NCBI GenBank assembly: GCA_965225945.1
Contig: CBDDBZ010000038.1
Coordinates: 498,658-562,657, forward strand
Length of the DNA stretch: 64,000 bases
Direction of reading: 5' to 3'
Origin: Alphaproteobacteria bacterium
GTDB taxonomy: Bacteria > Pseudomonadota > Alphaproteobacteria > GCA-2731375
Of the stretch, positions 57,486-64,000 are shown piece by piece. The translations under genes were made by a program, and so were the position numbers. The notes under the pieces are model-generated. The model did not search any database and was not told the origin of the DNA. It saw nothing but the letters and a program-made list of their open reading frames with translations. Position 1 is the first letter of the stretch. Every line of letters starts with the position of its first letter.

Positions 57486-59366
57486 CAGATCCGGACGTGG
57501 TCGTTGAACCATCCGGCTCCTACCTCGGGTGCTTGACGGCAAACCGCTGGTCCGGCCATGGGTGGCGGATGGAGGCGCGTGGCCACAGGATTTCGGTCAT
57601 GCGCTCCAGTCGCTTCCAACTAAATCGGGCTCGCTGGGACCGGCGGCGTAGCGCCCGCATCCACCGGCGTTGCAGCCTGCGGAGGAACGCACGGATGAAC
57701 CGGCCTGACCCTGGGACGGCAAAGTAGTTGAGCCAGCCATTGCAGACTCGCCCCAGCCACCTACCAACTTCCCAGATGTCGTGGTGCCAGCGCTTGCGGA
57801 GCACCTCGTCGATGCGCGCCAGGGTCCTGTTGACCCGTTTGGCGACCGGTTTGCGACCAAGCCGAAAGCGTCCTCTCAGGGTCGTCGTGCAATAGTGCGT
57901 GAGGCCCAGAAAGTCGAAAGTCTCCGGCTTGCCCACCCCGCGCTGGCGCCGGTTCAAATCCGCGAACCGGCCAAACTCCACGAGGCGGGTCTTGTCCTGG
58001 TGGAGGCTGAGACCGAACCGGGCCAGCCTCTCCCGAACGTCGCGGAGGTACCGCTCCGCATCCCGCTTGTGTTGGAACCCGACAACGATATCGTCAGCGT
58101 AACGGACGATGATCGCTTCGCCATCCGGGACGTTCGGGCGCCATTTCTTGTGGAACCACAAGTCGAGCACGTAATGCAGGAACACGTTCGCCAAGACGGG
58201 GGAGACTATTGCCCCCTGCGGCGTGCCCATACCCGTATCTGCCCATGACCCACTCTCTATGACGCCGGCGTTCAGCCATTTCCAGATCAGACGGATGACC
58301 CGCCTGTCTCCGATGCGGTGCTCTAGGAACGTGATCAACCAATCCCGCGGGATCGTGTCGAAGTACGCCCGGAGGTCTGCATCGACTATCCAGCTGACCT
58401 TGCGCCGTTTTATCCCGAAGGCCAGGGCATCGAGCGCATCGTGCGCCCCCCGCCCCGGTCGGAACCCGTAGCTGAAGCCAAGAAACACCACCTCGTAGAT
58501 CGGTGTCAGGATCACATCCACAACCGCCTTCTGGACGACCTTGTCCTCCAGCGCCGCGATCCCGAGCGGTCGTGTCCCCCCGTCCGGCTTGGGTATCTCT
58601 ACCCGCCGAACCGGCGGCGCCCGGTACGCTCCCCCTCTGTGCAGGCGCCGGTGCAGGTCGAGCAGGCGCTCATCCAGACCCTCGCCGTACATGTCCCACG
58701 TAACGCCGTCGACACCGGCTGCTGCGTCCTTCTTCAATGCGAAGTAGGCCGCACCGAGCGCGTCCGGCGTAATGTGGTGGAAGAGCGCAGTGAGACGTTC
58801 CTTCGGGTTTCTCTCTGCAGCTTTCCGTATCCGGGCCGCCGCCTGTGGCACGCTTACCCGACACTGTGTTCGGCGCGTGCTTTGGCAATCCGGATTCCCC
58901 TTGGTTGAGGCCCTTTCCTCCGGCGACTCCGCAGAAGCTCGCGCTCCCTTGTTCGCCGCCCTCACAGGTCGTACGGCCTCATCCGACTTCTTCAAACCGT
59001 TCATCATAGGCTTCGGTTTTCTCCATTCCCTACGCGGCCCCTTTACGACAACCGGGGCAGTTTGAAGACCTCCCAGGGTCCCAACAGAAGGCGTGCGAAC
59101 GTGCATGGGTTCTCTGACACCGCGGGGCTCGCCGACATCTCACCAAAACGACGCCTGCGATATTGCCTTCGACCGATCTGAAAGCCTCGGCACCCCGGAC
59201 CATCGCTTTTACGGTGCTCAATAGCCCTGCCCATCCATGCCGCTACCGACGCTTCGCCTGCCCCCTCACGGGAGCCAACGCACGGCTCGCGGAGAAACGT
59301 GGTTCGGTTACTCCTTCGTTCCGGGGGACTTGCACCCCCTACCTTCTGCCAGTTCGCCTGGCGCAC
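57448..59366 (-). mobile_element. Group II intron, innermost intact copy (1919 nt)
   Basis: 5' GTGCG at 59366; D5 GAGCCGGATGGTTCAACGACCACGTCCGGATC at 57519-57488; D6 ending in AC at 57448. Confidence 0.93.
57520..59007 (-). CDS. ltrA: Group II intron reverse transcriptase/maturase, no endonuclease domain (copy 1)
   Basis: AAGVDG, IPKPDG..RPLGI, SYGFRPGR, GTPQG, RYADD and FDFLG motifs; likely start MMNGLKKSD at 59007. Confidence 0.95.
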   Translation of the reverse strand: MMNGLKKSDEAVRPVRAANKGARASAESPEERASTKGNPDCQSTRRTQCRVSVPQAAARIRKAAERNPKERLTALFHHITPDALGAAYFALKKDAAAGVDGVTWDMYGEGLDERLLDLHRRLHRGGAYRAPPVRRVEIPKPDGGTRPLGIAALEDKVVQKAVVDVILTPIYEVVFLGFSYGFRPGRGAHDALDALAFGIKRRKVSWIVDADLRAYFDTIPRDWLITFLEHRIGDRRVIRLIWKWLNAGVIESGSWADTGMGTPQGAIVSPVLANVFLHYVLDLWFHKKWRPNVPDGEAIIVRYADDIVVGFQHKRDAERYLRDVRERLARFGLSLHQDKTRLVEFGRFADLNRRQRGVGKPETFDFLGLTHYCTTTLRGRFRLGRKPVAKRVNRTLARIDEVLRKRWHHDIWEVGRWLGRVCNGWLNYFAVPGSGRFIRAFLRRLQRRWMRALRRRSQRARFSWKRLERMTEILWPRASIRHPWPDQRFAVKHPR

Positions 59367-61247
59367 CAGATCCGGACGTGGTCGTTGAACCATCCGGCTC
59401 CTACCTCGGGTGCTTGACGGCAAACCGCTGGTCCGGCCATGGGTGGCGGATGGAGGCGCGTGGCCACAGGATTTCGGTCATGCGCTCCAGTCGCTTCCAA
59501 CTAAATCGGGCTCGCTGGGACCGGCGGCGTAGCGCCCGCATCCACCGGCGTTGCAGCCTGCGGAGGAACGCACGGATGAACCGGCCTGACCCTGGGACGG
59601 CAAAGTAGTTGAGCCAGCCATTGCAGACTCGCCCCAGCCACCTACCAACTTCCCAGATGTCGTGGTGCCAGCGCTTGCGGAGCACCTCGTCGATGCGCGC
59701 CAGGGTCCTGTTGACCCGTTTGGCGACCGGTTTGCGACCAAGCCGAAAGCGTCCTCTCAGGGTCGTCGTGCAATAGTGCGTGAGGCCCAGAAAGTCGAAA
59801 GTCTCCGGCTTGCCCACCCCGCGCTGGCGCCGGTTCAAATCCGCGAACCGGCCAAACTCCACGAGGCGGGTCTTGTCCTGGTGGAGGCTGAGACCGAACC
59901 GGGCCAGCCTCTCCCGAACGTCGCGGAGGTACCGCTCCGCATCCCGCTTGTGTTGGAACCCGACAACGATATCGTCAGCGTAACGGACGATGATCGCTTC
60001 GCCATCCGGGACGTTCGGGCGCCATTTCTTGTGGAACCACAAGTCGAGCACGTAATGCAGGAACACGTTCGCCAAGACGGGGGAGACTATTGCCCCCTGC
60101 GGCGTGCCCATACCCGTATCTGCCCATGACCCACTCTCTATGACGCCGGCGTTCAGCCATTTCCAGATCAGACGGATGACCCGCCTGTCTCCGATGCGGT
60201 GCTCTAGGAACGTGATCAACCAATCCCGCGGGATCGTGTCGAAGTACGCCCGGAGGTCTGCATCGACTATCCAGCTGACCTTGCGCCGTTTTATCCCGAA
60301 GGCCAGGGCATCGAGCGCATCGTGCGCCCCCCGCCCCGGTCGGAACCCGTAGCTGAAGCCAAGAAACACCACCTCGTAGATCGGTGTCAGGATCACATCC
60401 ACAACCGCCTTCTGGACGACCTTGTCCTCCAGCGCCGCGATCCCGAGCGGTCGTGTCCCCCCGTCCGGCTTGGGTATCTCTACCCGCCGAACCGGCGGCG
60501 CCCGGTACGCTCCCCCTCTGTGCAGGCGCCGGTGCAGGTCGAGCAGGCGCTCATCCAGACCCTCGCCGTACATGTCCCACGTAACGCCGTCGACACCGGC
60601 TGCTGCGTCCTTCTTCAATGCGAAGTAGGCCGCACCGAGCGCGTCCGGCGTAATGTGGTGGAAGAGCGCAGTGAGACGTTCCTTCGGGTTTCTCTCTGCA
60701 GCTTTCCGTATCCGGGCCGCCGCCTGTGGCACGCTTACCCGACACTGTGTTCGGCGCGTGCTTTGGCAATCCGGATTCCCCTTGGTTGAGGCCCTTTCCT
60801 CCGGCGACTCCGCAGAAGCTCGCGCTCCCTTGTTCGCCGCCCTCACAGGTCGTACGGCCTCATCCGACTTCTTCAAACCGTTCATCATAGGCTTCGGTTT
60901 TCTCCATTCCCTACGCGGCCCCTTTACGACAACCGGGGCAGTTTGAAGACCTCCCAGGGTCCCAACAGAAGGCGTGCGAACGTGCATGGGTTCTCTGACA
61001 CCGCGGGGCTCGCCGACATCTCACCAAAACGACGCCTGCGATATTGCCTTCGACCGATCTGAAAGCCTCGGCACCCCGGACCATCGCTTTTACGGTGCTC
61101 AATAGCCCTGCCCATCCATGCCGCTACCGACGCTTCGCCTGCCCCCTCACGGGAGCCAACGCACGGCTCGCGGAGAAACGTGGTTCGGTTACTCCTTCGT
61201 TCCGGGGGACTTGCACCCCCTACCTTCTGCCAGTTCGCCTGGCGCAC
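59367..61247 (-). mobile_element. Group II intron, 5' end to D5 (copy 2, interrupted by copy 1)
   Basis: 1881-bp repeat; D5 end GGATCTG joined directly to GTGCG of the next copy. Confidence 0.92.
59401..60888 (-). CDS. ltrA: Group II intron RT/maturase (copy 2)
   Basis: Translation identical to copy 1. Confidence 0.95.
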   Translation of the reverse strand: MMNGLKKSDEAVRPVRAANKGARASAESPEERASTKGNPDCQSTRRTQCRVSVPQAAARIRKAAERNPKERLTALFHHITPDALGAAYFALKKDAAAGVDGVTWDMYGEGLDERLLDLHRRLHRGGAYRAPPVRRVEIPKPDGGTRPLGIAALEDKVVQKAVVDVILTPIYEVVFLGFSYGFRPGRGAHDALDALAFGIKRRKVSWIVDADLRAYFDTIPRDWLITFLEHRIGDRRVIRLIWKWLNAGVIESGSWADTGMGTPQGAIVSPVLANVFLHYVLDLWFHKKWRPNVPDGEAIIVRYADDIVVGFQHKRDAERYLRDVRERLARFGLSLHQDKTRLVEFGRFADLNRRQRGVGKPETFDFLGLTHYCTTTLRGRFRLGRKPVAKRVNRTLARIDEVLRKRWHHDIWEVGRWLGRVCNGWLNYFAVPGSGRFIRAFLRRLQRRWMRALRRRSQRARFSWKRLERMTEILWPRASIRHPWPDQRFAVKHPR

Positions 61248-63128
61248 CAGATCCGGACGTGGTCGTTGAACCATCCGGCTCCTACCTCGGGTGCTTGACG
61301 GCAAACCGCTGGTCCGGCCATGGGTGGCGGATGGAGGCGCGTGGCCACAGGATTTCGGTCATGCGCTCCAGTCGCTTCCAACTAAATCGGGCTCGCTGGG
61401 ACCGGCGGCGTAGCGCCCGCATCCACCGGCGTTGCAGCCTGCGGAGGAACGCACGGATGAACCGGCCTGACCCTGGGACGGCAAAGTAGTTGAGCCAGCC
61501 ATTGCAGACTCGCCCCAGCCACCTACCAACTTCCCAGATGTCGTGGTGCCAGCGCTTGCGGAGCACCTCGTCGATGCGCGCCAGGGTCCTGTTGACCCGT
61601 TTGGCGACCGGTTTGCGACCAAGCCGAAAGCGTCCTCTCAGGGTCGTCGTGCAATAGTGCGTGAGGCCCAGAAAGTCGAAAGTCTCCGGCTTGCCCACCC
61701 CGCGCTGGCGCCGGTTCAAATCCGCGAACCGGCCAAACTCCACGAGGCGGGTCTTGTCCTGGTGGAGGCTGAGACCGAACCGGGCCAGCCTCTCCCGAAC
61801 GTCGCGGAGGTACCGCTCCGCATCCCGCTTGTGTTGGAACCCGACAACGATATCGTCAGCGTAACGGACGATGATCGCTTCGCCATCCGGGACGTTCGGG
61901 CGCCATTTCTTGTGGAACCACAAGTCGAGCACGTAATGCAGGAACACGTTCGCCAAGACGGGGGAGACTATTGCCCCCTGCGGCGTGCCCATACCCGTAT
62001 CTGCCCATGACCCACTCTCTATGACGCCGGCGTTCAGCCATTTCCAGATCAGACGGATGACCCGCCTGTCTCCGATGCGGTGCTCTAGGAACGTGATCAA
62101 CCAATCCCGCGGGATCGTGTCGAAGTACGCCCGGAGGTCTGCATCGACTATCCAGCTGACCTTGCGCCGTTTTATCCCGAAGGCCAGGGCATCGAGCGCA
62201 TCGTGCGCCCCCCGCCCCGGTCGGAACCCGTAGCTGAAGCCAAGAAACACCACCTCGTAGATCGGTGTCAGGATCACATCCACAACCGCCTTCTGGACGA
62301 CCTTGTCCTCCAGCGCCGCGATCCCGAGCGGTCGTGTCCCCCCGTCCGGCTTGGGTATCTCTACCCGCCGAACCGGCGGCGCCCGGTACGCTCCCCCTCT
62401 GTGCAGGCGCCGGTGCAGGTCGAGCAGGCGCTCATCCAGACCCTCGCCGTACATGTCCCACGTAACGCCGTCGACACCGGCTGCTGCGTCCTTCTTCAAT
62501 GCGAAGTAGGCCGCACCGAGCGCGTCCGGCGTAATGTGGTGGAAGAGCGCAGTGAGACGTTCCTTCGGGTTTCTCTCTGCAGCTTTCCGTATCCGGGCCG
62601 CCGCCTGTGGCACGCTTACCCGACACTGTGTTCGGCGCGTGCTTTGGCAATCCGGATTCCCCTTGGTTGAGGCCCTTTCCTCCGGCGACTCCGCAGAAGC
62701 TCGCGCTCCCTTGTTCGCCGCCCTCACAGGTCGTACGGCCTCATCCGACTTCTTCAAACCGTTCATCATAGGCTTCGGTTTTCTCCATTCCCTACGCGGC
62801 CCCTTTACGACAACCGGGGCAGTTTGAAGACCTCCCAGGGTCCCAACAGAAGGCGTGCGAACGTGCATGGGTTCTCTGACACCGCGGGGCTCGCCGACAT
62901 CTCACCAAAACGACGCCTGCGATATTGCCTTCGACCGATCTGAAAGCCTCGGCACCCCGGACCATCGCTTTTACGGTGCTCAATAGCCCTGCCCATCCAT
63001 GCCGCTACCGACGCTTCGCCTGCCCCCTCACGGGAGCCAACGCACGGCTCGCGGAGAAACGTGGTTCGGTTACTCCTTCGTTCCGGGGGACTTGCACCCC
63101 CTACCTTCTGCCAGTTCGCCTGGCGCAC
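61248..63128 (-). mobile_element. Group II intron, 5' end to D5 (copy 3)
   Basis: 1881-bp repeat with the same junctions. Confidence 0.92.
61282..62769 (-). CDS. ltrA: Group II intron RT/maturase (copy 3)
   Basis: Translation identical to copy 1. Confidence 0.95.
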   Translation of the reverse strand: MMNGLKKSDEAVRPVRAANKGARASAESPEERASTKGNPDCQSTRRTQCRVSVPQAAARIRKAAERNPKERLTALFHHITPDALGAAYFALKKDAAAGVDGVTWDMYGEGLDERLLDLHRRLHRGGAYRAPPVRRVEIPKPDGGTRPLGIAALEDKVVQKAVVDVILTPIYEVVFLGFSYGFRPGRGAHDALDALAFGIKRRKVSWIVDADLRAYFDTIPRDWLITFLEHRIGDRRVIRLIWKWLNAGVIESGSWADTGMGTPQGAIVSPVLANVFLHYVLDLWFHKKWRPNVPDGEAIIVRYADDIVVGFQHKRDAERYLRDVRERLARFGLSLHQDKTRLVEFGRFADLNRRQRGVGKPETFDFLGLTHYCTTTLRGRFRLGRKPVAKRVNRTLARIDEVLRKRWHHDIWEVGRWLGRVCNGWLNYFAVPGSGRFIRAFLRRLQRRWMRALRRRSQRARFSWKRLERMTEILWPRASIRHPWPDQRFAVKHPR

Positions 63129-64000
63129 CAGATCCGGACGTGGTCGTTGAACCATCCGGCTCCTACCTCGGGTGCTTGACGGCAAACCGCTGGTCCGGCC
63201 ATGGGTGGCGGATGGAGGCGCGTGGCCACAGGATTTCGGTCATGCGCTCCAGTCGCTTCCAACTAAATCGGGCTCGCTGGGACCGGCGGCGTAGCGCCCG
63301 CATCCACCGGCGTTGCAGCCTGCGGAGGAACGCACGGATGAACCGGCCTGACCCTGGGACGGCAAAGTAGTTGAGCCAGCCATTGCAGACTCGCCCCAGC
63401 CACCTACCAACTTCCCAGATGTCGTGGTGCCAGCGCTTGCGGAGCACCTCGTCGATGCGCGCCAGGGTCCTGTTGACCCGTTTGGCGACCGGTTTGCGAC
63501 CAAGCCGAAAGCGTCCTCTCAGGGTCGTCGTGCAATAGTGCGTGAGGCCCAGAAAGTCGAAAGTCTCCGGCTTGCCCACCCCGCGCTGGCGCCGGTTCAA
63601 ATCCGCGAACCGGCCAAACTCCACGAGGCGGGTCTTGTCCTGGTGGAGGCTGAGACCGAACCGGGCCAGCCTCTCCCGAACGTCGCGGAGGTACCGCTCC
63701 GCATCCCGCTTGTGTTGGAACCCGACAACGATATCGTCAGCGTAACGGACGATGATCGCTTCGCCATCCGGGACGTTCGGGCGCCATTTCTTGTGGAACC
63801 ACAAGTCGAGCACGTAATGCAGGAACACGTTCGCCAAGACGGGGGAGACTATTGCCCCCTGCGGCGTGCCCATACCCGTATCTGCCCATGACCCACTCTC
63901 TATGACGCCGGCGTTCAGCCATTTCCAGATCAGACGGATGACCCGCCTGTCTCCGATGCGGTGCTCTAGGAACGTGATCAACCAATCCCGCGGGATCGTG
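63129..64000 (-). mobile_element. Group II intron copy 4 (partial; RT ORF 3' half from 63163 to the window edge)
   Basis: Same sequence continues to the window edge. Confidence 0.9.

Noticed and set aside
57486-64000. Retron, DGR or simple tandem duplication of an RT gene
   Set aside because: Clear group II 5' end, D5 and D6 are present; the units lack D6 while D6 is stacked separately, which whole-intron tandem duplication would not give. A pure assembly artefact is less likely but not excluded without reads

Overview
High-GC alphaproteobacterial chromosome segment; the Caulobacter/Rhodospirillales-type flagellar and cell-cycle genes support the assignment. 1-15.3 kb: flagellar cluster (flbD, motA, fliN, fliH, fliG, fliF, sciP, flgE, flgD, fliK, flgK, flgL) with CtrA, sigma-54 and ftr-like sites. 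Four flagellar genes are frameshifted, and an IS630 element splits a Sel1-repeat gene. 15-57 kb: metabolic genes (phoX, hydantoinase/oxoprolinase A/B, boxCB, nudC, tam and others) mixed with pseudogenes, MITE/REP-like elements and a three-level nest (REP-like element > IS1595 > IS66 carrying a DNA adenine methyltransferase). 57.3-64 kb holds the main finding: a group II intron that appears to have inserted repeatedly into its own domain V/VI junction. The result is four tandem, apparently identical 1881-bp units (5' end to D5, each with an RT/maturase ORF; the fourth is cut by the window edge) followed by exactly four tandem 38-bp domain VI copies. A candidate EBS1 (CAGAUC) is complementary to the self-target site (GAUCUG). 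All calls come from reading the sequence; no database searches were run.
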